From assembly GCA_031404455.1 (NCBI GenBank), contig JANNHP010000212.1, positions 3,419 to 67,418 on the forward strand: a DNA stretch of 64,000 nt, in the 5' to 3' direction. Of the stretch, positions 35,892-44,775 are shown in pieces (position 1 is the first letter of the stretch; each line of letters starts with the position of its first letter). Both the position numbers and the translations under genes were made by a program. The DNA comes from Planctomycetia bacterium. GTDB lineage: Bacteria; Planctomycetota; JAJSAM01; JAJVHW01. The notes beneath the pieces are model-generated. The model saw only the letters and a program-made list of their open reading frames with translations. It was not told the DNA's origin and ran no database searches.

Positions 35892-36890
35892 TCAGAACTG
35901 GATGATGACGCCCATGCCGGGACCCTCGAACTGAATGCTCGTGTCGCGTCCGCCCGAGCGGCGGTCCATGTCGTACCAGCGGTACCCGAGGAACATGCTC
36001 GTCGATTCCGAGAGCTTCCAGTCGACACCGGCGACGACGTTCCACACGTTCTGGCAACCCTCGCCGAGGCCGCCGCCGACGTCCCCGCGCAGGCTGAAGT
36101 TGACCGCCTCGCACACCGGGATGCGCGTCCGCGCGCCGACGAACGGATCGACCCACGAGGTCCGGAAGTGCGCCTCGTTGTCCACCGAGACGCGAGCGCC
36201 ATCGATCTCGAGGTCGGTGTCGAGCGTCAGCGAGTTCCAGCGCGCGCCGGCGAGGATCTCGACCCGCGCCGGACGCTTGGCGTTCGCGTGGAACTCGGCG
36301 ATCCGGTACGTCTCTCCGATCTCCGCCTGCATGATCTTGAGGTCGACGTCGAGGCTCGCGTCCACCGAGACGAGTCCGCCGGGCCCCGTGATCGAGGTGC
36401 CGCCGTCGCCCTTGAAGTGGAGGAAGTTGCCGTCGAGGAAGAACGTGAAGTCGCCGCTCGATCCCTCGAAGTGCCCGGCGAACGAGGGCTCGATGTGATC
36501 CTTCGCCAGTTCGTAGGAGTCGTGCAGGCTCGTCGAGATCGGGAGCGTCCGGCCGGCCTTCGTCTTCACGTCGCCGTCCATGTCGAACAGCCAGAAATAG
36601 GGCGTGAATGAGAACTTCCAGGCGTCCGCGTCTCCTTCGGGCGCGACCGGATCCGCGGGAACGGCGCTCTCGTCGGAACCGCGCGAGCGGTCGGTGACCG
36701 ACGCCGTCGCGGCGACGAGGTCGAAGTTCGGACCGCGCGTGACCGGCGCCGCGGGCGCACCCGCGACGTCCGGGGACGCGGGGACGTCGAACGCTCCGTC
36801 GGACGGACTGACGCCTCGCGGCGGCGACGCGCAGGCGGCGAGGCCTCCCGCGAAGATCGCGACCGCGGCCAGTCGAGAGGTGGGCGTCAT
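35892..36890 (-). CDS. Outer-membrane beta-barrel lipoprotein (unknown family)
   Basis: Signal/lipobox GGLAAC, a roughly 90-aa Pro/Ala-rich linker, then alternating amphipathic strands, ending ...GMGVIIQF (C-terminal Phe). GGAGGA lies upstream of the ATG. Confidence 0.75.
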   Translation of the reverse strand: MTPTSRLAAVAIFAGGLAACASPPRGVSPSDGAFDVPASPDVAGAPAAPVTRGPNFDLVAATASVTDRSRGSDESAVPADPVAPEGDADAWKFSFTPYFWLFDMDGDVKTKAGRTLPISTSLHDSYELAKDHIEPSFAGHFEGSSGDFTFFLDGNFLHFKGDGGTSITGPGGLVSVDASLDVDLKIMQAEIGETYRIAEFHANAKRPARVEILAGARWNSLTLDTDLEIDGARVSVDNEAHFRTSWVDPFVGARTRIPVCEAVNFSLRGDVGGGLGEGCQNVWNVVAGVDWKLSESTSMFLGYRWYDMDRRSGGRDTSIQFEGPGMGVIIQF

Positions 36891-36981
36891 GAGTCGGTTC
36901 CTCCGGGATCTGACTGTGGGAACGGCGTGCGGCGGCGAAGCCTAGCGCAGGAGCGGCGCGCCGCGGTCGAGTCTTCGCCCG

Positions 36982-37743
36982 TCACCGTCCGATGTGTTCG
37001 AGCGCGTACCGCAGCGGACGGGACGAGACCTTCAACGTGCCTTCGAGCGGCGACGCCAGCTCGAGGATCAGGAACACCCCGGCAGCGACGGAGAGCGCGC
37101 TGACGAAGATCACGCCGATGGTGGTCGCGTTGCGCGGCGCGAGGAGTCCGAAGCTCGTGAAGATGAGGGTGAGCCAGAAGGCGAGGATGACGAGGAACGG
37201 CCGCGGGATCGAGATGCCGTGGTCCTGCAGGACCCGCCAGCGCGTCTGCATCACGTCGTCCCCGAGATCGATCGCGTTCGACTGAAGCCGGCGGCGTGCG
37301 TCCGTGTCGGGTGCGAGCTCGCCGATCCGGTCCAAGATCCGCTCGATCGAGAGCGTCACCTCGGTGCCGTCCGCCGTCGCGACTCCGGAGCCCTCTTCGG
37401 GCCAAGTCAGTTCGAGACGTGCGACGAGGTGGCTGCGGACGGACTCGCGAATCCCCTTCGTCTCGGGTCCGTAGCGAGCCAGCGCGCGATCGAGCATGAG
37501 GACATCCGCAGCGCCGCGCCCGACCGCACCATCGGCGGCGTCGAAATCGCTCTTCGCCGCCGCGGTGACGAGACCGAGGACGAGCGCCGTGATCGTCGCG
37601 ATCAGTCCCATCGCCACCTTCACGGTGTCCTTCGAGTCCGCACTCAGGTGATGCTCCGGGAGCATGGCCCGAATCCGCATCCCGACGAGCGCGCCTCCGA
37701 ACGTGCACGCGAGGACGAAGAGGGCGCGGGCGGTGTCGCTCAA
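36982..37743 (-). CDS. DUF4239 (bestrophin-like) membrane protein, copy 2
   Basis: It is homologous in architecture to 12767..13555. No in-frame ATG precedes the first TM helix. The proposed TTG start at 37741-37743 is preceded by AGGAAG. The rest of listed ORF 36982..39063 is antisense shadow of the GT2 gene. Confidence 0.7.
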   Translation of the reverse strand: MSDTARALFVLACTFGGALVGMRIRAMLPEHHLSADSKDTVKVAMGLIATITALVLGLVTAAAKSDFDAADGAVGRGAADVLMLDRALARYGPETKGIRESVRSHLVARLELTWPEEGSGVATADGTEVTLSIERILDRIGELAPDTDARRRLQSNAIDLGDDVMQTRWRVLQDHGISIPRPFLVILAFWLTLIFTSFGLLAPRNATTIGVIFVSALSVAAGVFLILELASPLEGTLKVSSRPLRYALEHIGR

Positions 37744-37959
37744 GGTCTTCCTGGTGGCGCGGCAATCTACCGGCCAGTCCTGCGCAGCACACGCGCTTGG
37801 TCCGGACGGGGCCCCGATCGGGACGCGAGCCTGCGGGCGGCCCTCAGCGGTCGCCGTGCGGGCGGCACCTCGTTTGCGAAAAAGAAGGGCGCCGCGGCGC
37901 CAATACCTCCATGCTGGGCAGCGAAACGAGGCCCGGAGGTCGAGCGGCAGGAGGCTCGG

Positions 37960-38838
37960 TTGACCCTGGTGGACTCGCGCACGGATGCGAACGGAGGGGC
38001 GGCTCTTACGTTGAGAACCTCGAACACACCGATCGTGGAACTGGTGATTCCTTGCCTCAACGAGGCTCACGTCCTCGAGAAGAGCGTCACCAAGGTGAGG
38101 ACGTACCTCGCCGAACGGTTCCCCTACCGGTGGCGGATCCTCATCGCCGACAACGGGTCCACCGACGGCACGATCGAGGTCGCCGAGGCGCTCGCCGCGC
38201 GCTTTCCCGACGTGGAGTGCCTGCGCATCCCCGCCCGCGGACGCGGACGAGCGCTCCGCCTCGCGTGGACGAAGAGCGCGGCCGACATCATGGCCTACAC
38301 CGACGTCGACATCTCGACGGACCTCTCGGCGCTCGAGCCGATCTGCCGCGCGATCTGGGAGGACGGCTACGGCGTCGCGACCGGTTCGCGCCTGATGCGC
38401 GAGTCGAAGACGACGCGCGGGCCCAAACGGGAGTTCATCTCGCGCTGCTACAACCTCATCGTCAAGTGCGTCCTCTTCACGCGCTTCTCCGACGCGCAGT
38501 GCGGCTTCAAGGCCGTCAGCCGGCGCGTGGCCGAGGAAGTCGTCCCCCACGTCCGGGACAACTCGTGGTTCTTCGACACGGAGCTCCTCTTCCTCTGCGA
38601 GAAGCTCGGCTACCGCGTGAAGGACGTGCCCGCCACCTGGATCGACGACGACGACAGCCGCGTGAAGATCGTCTCGACCGCCGTCGACGACCTGAAGGGC
38701 GTCGCGCGGCTCGCCGGCATGTGCTTGAGCGGTGCCCTGCGCCGGCGGCGCGGGGAGCTCGCCGCCGCCCGCGCGAAGGCCGCAGGCGAGGCGAGGACCG
38801 GTTCGACCGGCGCCGCCGAGGGGCGAGTCGTTGCCTAG
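37960..38838 (+). CDS. Family-2 glycosyltransferase, polyprenyl/dolichyl-phosphate hexose synthase-like (DPM1/GtrB-like catalytic domain)
   Basis: Contains VIPCLNEAHVL, IADNGSTDGT, YTDVDISTD (DxD) and DAQCGFKAV motifs. The proposed TTG start at 37960 has AGGAGG 5 nt upstream, and there is no in-frame ATG near the domain start. Confidence 0.8.
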   Translation: MTLVDSRTDANGGAALTLRTSNTPIVELVIPCLNEAHVLEKSVTKVRTYLAERFPYRWRILIADNGSTDGTIEVAEALAARFPDVECLRIPARGRGRALRLAWTKSAADIMAYTDVDISTDLSALEPICRAIWEDGYGVATGSRLMRESKTTRGPKREFISRCYNLIVKCVLFTRFSDAQCGFKAVSRRVAEEVVPHVRDNSWFFDTELLFLCEKLGYRVKDVPATWIDDDDSRVKIVSTAVDDLKGVARLAGMCLSGALRRRRGELAAARAKAAGEARTGSTGAAEGRVVA

Positions 38839-38881
38839 CCCCGCCGGCGGCGCGGACGGCGTCGAAGTTCCCGGGCGCTCG

Positions 38882-40222
38882 ATGACGGCGCCCCGCCCGC
38901 TCCGCTCGCTGCTCGTCTCCGCCGCGGTCGCGGCGGCGGTCGCCTGCGCCTGGTACGCGACGTGTTCCCCCGTGACGTTCGTCCTCAGCCTCGCGGCGAC
39001 CTGGGCCGGATCGTGGGTGATCGGCGCGGCATGGTGGCCGGCGCCCCGTCGCGTCCTCGTCATGCGTCTCGTCGCCGCGCACCTGGCGATCGTCGTCCTC
39101 GTCCTCGTCCTCGAGGTTCCCGCGCTGCTCGAGCTCGCCGACTACCGGCTCGTGCTCGGCACGCCGATCCTCGCGCCGTCGCGGGACCCGCGCTACGTCG
39201 CCGATCGGGAGCTGATCTGCCTGCCACACCCGCGCGAGCACCGCTCCGGCGACGACGGCCGCGGCGACATCGCGTTCCTCTTCGACGTCCCCGACCGTGT
39301 GCCCCACGCGTTCGACGTGCTCTGCGACGACCGCGGCTTCCGCAACCCCGTCACGCTGGAGCACGCCGACGTCGCCGTGGTGGGCGACTCGTTCGTCGCG
39401 GCCGACTACGTGTTCCAGGGCCACGTCGCCACCGAGGTCCTAGCGAACCGGCTCCATGTCTCCGTCTGCAACCTCGGGCAGCGCGGATACGGACCGCAGC
39501 AGGAGGCGGCGGTCGTGCGGCGGTACGCGCTGCCGCTCCATCCGCGCGTCGTCGTCTGGATGTTCTACGAGGGCAACGACCTGGAGGACATCTACGCCTA
39601 TCGCGCCATCGCCGCGGACCCCGAAGCCGCGAGGGCCGCCCGGCACGGTTTCGCGGCCCGCTCGTTCACGCGCAACTCGCTCGAGTCCCTCATGTTCTTC
39701 GTCGGCAACCCGCGCGCGTCGGCGCTGCCGCGCTCCGCGTGGTGGACGGCGGCCGGACGCCGCGAGCGTCTGTACTTCCTCTATCCGTGCGGCCCGCTCG
39801 ACCAGCGCAGGCTCTCTGCGCTGGACGACCTGCGCGGGATCCTGGCCGACACGGCGAAGCGCTGCGCGGAGGCGGGAGCGCACTTCGTGGTCGCGTTCGC
39901 GCCCGACAAGTTCCGCGTCACCCGCGACCACCTGGAGTTCGAGGAGGGCGCCGAGACGGCGGGCTGGAGCGTGGACGACCTCCCGGCGCGCCTCGCCGAG
40001 ATCACTCGCGGTCTCCCCGCCGGCGCGAGTTTCGTGGACCTCACGCCCGCGCTGAAGGCGCGGTGCGACGCCGGAGACATCCCCTACTTCCGCGACGACA
40101 CGCACTGGAACGTCGCCGGCAACCGGATCGCTGCGGAGACGCTGGCCGGGGTCGTGGGTCCGCTCCTCGCGAAGCCGGTCCAGGCGCTCGCCCACACGGC
40201 CGCGCCGGAGAAGCCCCGCTGA
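38882..40222 (+). CDS. Membrane-anchored SGNH/AlgX-AlgJ-like protein (putative polysaccharide O-acyltransferase/esterase)
   Basis: Two N-terminal TM helices. Contains VAVVGDSF (block I Ser) and YFRDDTHWN (DxxH block V), as in the AlgJ/AlgX family. Confidence 0.7.
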   Translation: MTAPRPLRSLLVSAAVAAAVACAWYATCSPVTFVLSLAATWAGSWVIGAAWWPAPRRVLVMRLVAAHLAIVVLVLVLEVPALLELADYRLVLGTPILAPSRDPRYVADRELICLPHPREHRSGDDGRGDIAFLFDVPDRVPHAFDVLCDDRGFRNPVTLEHADVAVVGDSFVAADYVFQGHVATEVLANRLHVSVCNLGQRGYGPQQEAAVVRRYALPLHPRVVVWMFYEGNDLEDIYAYRAIAADPEAARAARHGFAARSFTRNSLESLMFFVGNPRASALPRSAWWTAAGRRERLYFLYPCGPLDQRRLSALDDLRGILADTAKRCAEAGAHFVVAFAPDKFRVTRDHLEFEEGAETAGWSVDDLPARLAEITRGLPAGASFVDLTPALKARCDAGDIPYFRDDTHWNVAGNRIAAETLAGVVGPLLAKPVQALAHTAAPEKPR

Positions 40223-40229
40223 CGCAGGA

Positions 40230-41039
40230 TCACTCCCGCGCCATCTCGAACGCGTGGACGCCGTCGGCGAGACCGTCGCCGAAGTACTCCTTCGCGAGGA
40301 CGCGGAACCCGGCGGACCCGAGCCGCGCGTAGAGCGCCGGGACGTCCACGAGGCGCTCGTGCATCTCGCCGACGATCACGCCGACGTCGGCGAGGCGCGC
40401 ACCGAGTCCGAGGACGACGTCGGCCTCGCTGCCCTCCACGTCGAGCTTCAGGAGGTCGATGCGCGCGATGCCGCGGCGCGCTAGGTACGGCTCGAGCGCG
40501 AGACACGGGACTTTCACCGTGCGCGAGCCGACGGATGCGTCCGCGACCGAGTGCACGGCGCCGTGCGACGCGAGGTGGAGCTCCACGGTGGCTTCGCGCG
40601 CACCGACCGCCGCCTGGTTGAGGACGACGCCGGGCATCGAGCCGAGGTTCGCCTCGAGCAGGCGGAAGTTCTCCGGCTCCGGCTCGAAGGCATGGAGTGC
40701 GGCACCCGGGTGGTTCGCGAGGAACCAGAGCGCCGCCACGCCCACGTTCGCCCCGGCGTCCACGATCGTCGGCGACGCGGGCAGCGTGCTCTTCAGCACG
40801 TACTGTCCCTCGTGCAGGATCTCGGCCAGCGTGAAGAGGTCGCTGCGGCGCATCCGGAACGGGAACTCGCGTCCGCGGATCCGCAGGCGGAACGACTCCT
40901 CGCGCGGGTCCGTGGTGCTCGTGAGGATCGTCGCGTAGCACGCCGCGAGCACCCTCCGCGAGCGCCAGTCGGCCGCGAAGTTCGAGAGGATGTCGAGCGC
41001 CTCGCGCGCGCGGCGCAGCCGGGATGCGAGACCTGGCAT
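40230..41039 (-). CDS. FkbM-family SAM-dependent methyltransferase
   Basis: ATG 41037-41039. Contains IVDAGANVGV (SAM-binding), AFEPEPENFRLL and IDLLKLDVEGSE motifs. Confidence 0.85.
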   Translation of the reverse strand: MPGLASRLRRAREALDILSNFAADWRSRRVLAACYATILTSTTDPREESFRLRIRGREFPFRMRRSDLFTLAEILHEGQYVLKSTLPASPTIVDAGANVGVAALWFLANHPGAALHAFEPEPENFRLLEANLGSMPGVVLNQAAVGAREATVELHLASHGAVHSVADASVGSRTVKVPCLALEPYLARRGIARIDLLKLDVEGSEADVVLGLGARLADVGVIVGEMHERLVDVPALYARLGSAGFRVLAKEYFGDGLADGVHAFEMARE

Positions 41040-41142
41040 CAGGGGACCTCGGTTCCTTGGACGGGGGACGCGGGCCGCGGAATCGTGCCCGGACGCAAGG
41101 TGCGGCGGCAAGCGCCGAGGACCTCCGGGTCCGTCGCGGGCC

Positions 41143-41700
41143 TCATCGGGCCACGGCCGTCCGCCGGGTCGCGAACCACGCGAGACCGAGGACCGGGATC
41201 AGCACCGCGGCCTCGAACGTCACGGCGCGGAGGTTCTCCACGCTGATCAGTTCCTCCACGAAGCCGTTCATGCCGGCCGAGGGACCGCCGTGGCGGATGC
41301 CGTCGAAGGGCAGCCACGGGAACATCCACTCCGCGTCGGTGAAGGGCCAGAGGAGCGGCAGGCCGCGTCGCTTCACCGGGCCCGTGAGGAGGTCGAGGAC
41401 GATGTGCGTCCCGTACGCCGCGAGCACCAGCGAGGCGACGCGGGCCCGTCCGCCGAGCGAGCGGCTCGCGGGGACGGCGCAGACCGCCGCGCAGAGGATC
41501 GCCGCCATGACCGAGTGGCTCGCCCCGCCGTGCAGAGCGTTGATCGATCCGGTGAGGGCGCCCGCGACGACGTCGAGGTCGGCCGCGTTGGCGGCGACGA
41601 CGGCGAGCGCGTACCAGCGCGCGGGGTTCGGGACTGCGTCCGGGACGAGCAGCCGGGCCGCCGCGATTGCGAGGAGCGAGTGCGCGATCGGGGAGGGCAT
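41143..41700 (-). CDS. YdjM/DUF457-like membrane-bound metal-dependent hydrolase
   Basis: Contains MPSPIAHSLLAIAAA..., conserved His residues (HGGASHS, GTHIVLDLL) and 4-5 TM helices. Confidence 0.65.
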   Translation of the reverse strand: MPSPIAHSLLAIAAARLLVPDAVPNPARWYALAVVAANAADLDVVAGALTGSINALHGGASHSVMAAILCAAVCAVPASRSLGGRARVASLVLAAYGTHIVLDLLTGPVKRRGLPLLWPFTDAEWMFPWLPFDGIRHGGPSAGMNGFVEELISVENLRAVTFEAAVLIPVLGLAWFATRRTAVAR

Positions 41701-41713
41701 GGGACGGGGCGGA

Positions 41714-42760
41714 TCAGCCCGGGCGCCGCGTGAGCTCGACCGGACGTCCGTCCTTCGCGCAGCGGTACACGGCCTCGGCGATCTCCACCGAGCGCGCGCC
41801 GGACCACGCGTCCGCGATGGCGGAGGGTTTCCCCTCGACGTGCTTCAGGAAGTCCGCGAGCTCCTCGACGAACGCGAGGTACGCCGTCGACTCCCAGCTC
41901 TTCAGCTTCTCGCGCAGGATGATCCCGGGATAGAAGCGCATCTCCTTCCTGCGGCGCGCGCCCGGCTTCTCGTGGGTGACGAGCATGTTGAACATCGGCG
42001 CGTAGTACCCCTTCGCCATGCCGAGGTCGCCGTAGGCCTCGACGTAGAAGCGGTAGCCCTTCCACTCGGTCCACGTCGCCTCGTACTGGATCGGCACGCC
42101 GTCCGCGGTGCGGAAGATCGCCATCGCGTCGTCCTCGGACCCGTCGACCTTCCAGATCCCGTTCGTCGCGACGCCGTAGACCGAGGTGACCTCGCCCGCG
42201 AGGTACCGCGCGAGGTCCGTCATGTGGATGCCCGCGTCCATCATGGCGCCGCCGCCCGAGTAGGCGGCCTTGTACATCCAGTCGGCGCGGAAGTTGTTGA
42301 GGCCGTCGTGGCCGCCGAACACGCGCAGGTGGTCGAGCTTGCCGATGCGGCCGTTCACGATCGCCTGCTTCACGAACTTGATCGCGGGGTAGTAGCGGTG
42401 GTTGAACCCGACGGCGAGGGTCTTCCCCGCCTTCTGCGAAGCCGCGATGATCCTCATGCACGACTCGTGGGAGTTCGCGAGCGGTTTCTCGCAGAGAACG
42501 TGGAGCCCCGCGGCGAAGGCATCGGCGCACTGCTCCTCGTGCAGGTGGAGCGGGGAGCTGATGACGAGCGCGTCGATGCCGCCCGCGTCGAGGAGCGCGC
42601 GGTGGTCCGCGTACGACTTCGCGCCGAGACCCGACGCGGTCGCGTCGGCGACCGCCTTCGCGGGATCGGCCACGGACACGAGCTCGGTGCCCGGGTTCTC
42701 GCGGATGGAACGCGCCCGGAGACGTCCGATGACGCCCGTGCCGACGACTCCGAATCGCAT
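41714..42760 (-). CDS. Gfo/Idh/MocA-family NAD(P)-dependent oxidoreductase
   Basis: Contains MRFGVVGTGVIG Rossmann start, VLCEKPLA and GFNHRY motifs. GGAGGA lies upstream of the ATG. Confidence 0.9.
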   Translation of the reverse strand: MRFGVVGTGVIGRLRARSIRENPGTELVSVADPAKAVADATASGLGAKSYADHRALLDAGGIDALVISSPLHLHEEQCADAFAAGLHVLCEKPLANSHESCMRIIAASQKAGKTLAVGFNHRYYPAIKFVKQAIVNGRIGKLDHLRVFGGHDGLNNFRADWMYKAAYSGGGAMMDAGIHMTDLARYLAGEVTSVYGVATNGIWKVDGSEDDAMAIFRTADGVPIQYEATWTEWKGYRFYVEAYGDLGMAKGYYAPMFNMLVTHEKPGARRRKEMRFYPGIILREKLKSWESTAYLAFVEELADFLKHVEGKPSAIADAWSGARSVEIAEAVYRCAKDGRPVELTRRPG

Positions 42761-42971
42761 CGTTCAGTCCTCCGCGAGCCGACGACAACGCCCGGTCCGC
42801 GGCGCGCGAGACCCGGGCTAGAGGGACTCCGGCGGCGCCGTGCCGGCGGTCGGGCCCGCACCGCAGCCCATGCGAGGCTCATCGACCGAGCGGCGAGCCC
42901 ACTTGACCGGCGGGGCGGCGCGAGACCGCGGTTCCTCGCGCCACGGGATCGCGGTCCTACAATCCCCGCCC

Positions 42972-43865
42972 ATGTCGAATCGCCTGTCGGTGGTCGTCCC
43001 TTCGGTCAACGGACTCGGCGACCTCGTCGGGTGCGTCGAGGCTCTGGAGGCGCAGCGGCGTGACGTGGATCTCGAAGTGCTCGTCGTGGACCGTCTCGGC
43101 GGCGACGTGCCGCGAACGGTGCGCGAGAAGTTCCCGGCGGCCCGCGTGATCGAGATGCCGCGCAACGCGACGATCCCCGAGATGCGCGCCCGCGCGTTCC
43201 GCGAGGCGACGGGCGACGGCGTCGCCGTGATCGAGGACCACGTCATCGTCCCCGCGGGCTGGGGCAGGGCGCTGCTCGCCGAGCTGGACAAGGGACACGA
43301 CGTCGTCGGCGGCTCGGTGGACAACGCCGCGACGACCACGCTCCTCGACTGGGCGACCTTCCTCTGCGAGTACAGCCACTGCCTGCCGCCGCTCGAGGAG
43401 GGCAGCGTCTCGTGGCTCACGGGCAACAACGTCGTCTACCGGCGGACGCTGCTCGAGAAGCACCGGGCGGTTTACGAGGAAGGCAAGTGGGAGAACCGCC
43501 TGCACGACGCCCTGCGCGACGGCGGGACGAAGCTCGTCTGCCGCCCCGGGATCGTCGTCGGGCACAAGAAGCACTACACGTTCGGCGAGTACTTCTCGCA
43601 GCGGTACCTCTACTCGCGTTCCTACGCCGGCGCGCGCGCGCAGGGCGCGCCCTTCTCGAAGCGCATGATCTGGGGCTTCGGTTCCTTCCTGCTCCCGCCG
43701 GTGCTCTTCTACCGCACCGTGAAACGCATCCTCTCGAAGGGCCGCCACCAGGGACTGCTCGTCCGTTCGCTCCCGTACATCGCGATCTTCGTCTGCGCGT
43801 GGGCGTGGGGCGACGTGGTCGGCTCGTTCTTCGGTCCGGGCGACTCGCTCAGCAAGGTCTGCTGA
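42972..43865 (+). CDS. Family-2 glycosyltransferase
   Basis: ATG 42972. Contains LSVVVPSVNG and AVIEDHVIVPAGW (DxH-type), with a C-terminal membrane-associated helix pair. Confidence 0.8.
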   Translation: MSNRLSVVVPSVNGLGDLVGCVEALEAQRRDVDLEVLVVDRLGGDVPRTVREKFPAARVIEMPRNATIPEMRARAFREATGDGVAVIEDHVIVPAGWGRALLAELDKGHDVVGGSVDNAATTTLLDWATFLCEYSHCLPPLEEGSVSWLTGNNVVYRRTLLEKHRAVYEEGKWENRLHDALRDGGTKLVCRPGIVVGHKKHYTFGEYFSQRYLYSRSYAGARAQGAPFSKRMIWGFGSFLLPPVLFYRTVKRILSKGRHQGLLVRSLPYIAIFVCAWAWGDVVGSFFGPGDSLSKVC

Positions 43866-43866
43866 G

Positions 43867-44775
43867 CTACGCCCGCCCGGTCGCGTAGCCCTTCAACTCG
43901 CCGAAGCTCCACGCCGCGAGCAGGAGGCACACGATCGGCGCCGCGCGGAGGAACTTCCCGAAGGTCCGCCGCTTCGTCCACTGGATGCGTCCGTGCCGCA
44001 GGAGGAGGAGGAAGGGCAGGAGCGGGCTCGCGGCCGCCATCGCGAGACGCCGGACCGCGCCGGCCTCGCGGGCGCGCGTGTAGGCGAAGAGACGTCCCCA
44101 CGCCGAGCGCTCGCGCAGCGCCGTGCCGAGACGCAGTCCCTCGCGCTGCTGCTCCACGACCATCCGCGGGTGCAGGTAGAGCGCCTCGCCCGCGCGCTCG
44201 AGCGCCCAGTGGACGGTCGTCTCGTGGTACCTGTCCTTCCACAGGTCGCGCGTGCTCTCGATCGCCGCGCGCTTGTAGCAGATGTTCACGTCGGTCGCGT
44301 ACGCGGCGGGTCCCTCGGGGATCGGGAGCTGGTAGCGCCCGAAGTCGCAGAAGTAGACGGCCCAGTTCAGCGTGCGGTCGACGCCGTTCTCGACCGCGCC
44401 GCCGATGACGGAGTTCGGGATGGCGGCGTGCAGATCGCTCGCAGCGCGCGCCCACTCCGGACGAGGCACGCCGCGGTCCTCGAGGATGGCGATCAGCTCG
44501 CCCTTCGCGACGGCGAGGCCCGCCGCGCGCCGCCGGTCGAAGAGCTCGTGCTGCCCCGCGTGGCCGGAGAGCGGCGCAGACGTCGTCAGCGTGCCGAGCG
44601 GGAGGTGGCGCACGCCAGGGAACTCCGCGACGACGCCCGCGACGCCGGGCTCGCTGTCGTCGCACGGGACGATCACCTCCATCGCGGGCGCCTCCCGCTG
44701 CGAGGTCAGCGCCGCGAGGCAGCGCCTGAGGGCCGCGGGGCCCTCGACCACCGTCACGATCACCGAGAGTCTCAT
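43867..44775 (-). CDS. Family-2 glycosyltransferase
   Basis: ATG 44773-44775 (MRLSVIVTVVEGPAAL) overlaps the GMC stop (ATGA). Its architecture is similar to 42972..43865 (AILEDRGVPRPEW). The upstream part of listed ORF 43867..46041 is shadow. Confidence 0.8.
   Translation of the reverse strand: MRLSVIVTVVEGPAALRRCLAALTSQREAPAMEVIVPCDDSEPGVAGVVAEFPGVRHLPLGTLTTSAPLSGHAGQHELFDRRRAAGLAVAKGELIAILEDRGVPRPEWARAASDLHAAIPNSVIGGAVENGVDRTLNWAVYFCDFGRYQLPIPEGPAAYATDVNICYKRAAIESTRDLWKDRYHETTVHWALERAGEALYLHPRMVVEQQREGLRLGTALRERSAWGRLFAYTRAREAGAVRRLAMAAASPLLPFLLLLRHGRIQWTKRRTFGKFLRAAPIVCLLLAAWSFGELKGYATGRA

Noticed and set aside
36982-39063. 693-aa minus-strand ORF and 614-aa plus-strand ORF 36994..38838 taken at face value
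   Set aside because: Only the C-terminal roughly 253 aa (DUF4239) of the first and the C-terminal roughly 292 aa (GT2) of the second are protein-like. The remainders are mutual antisense shadows.
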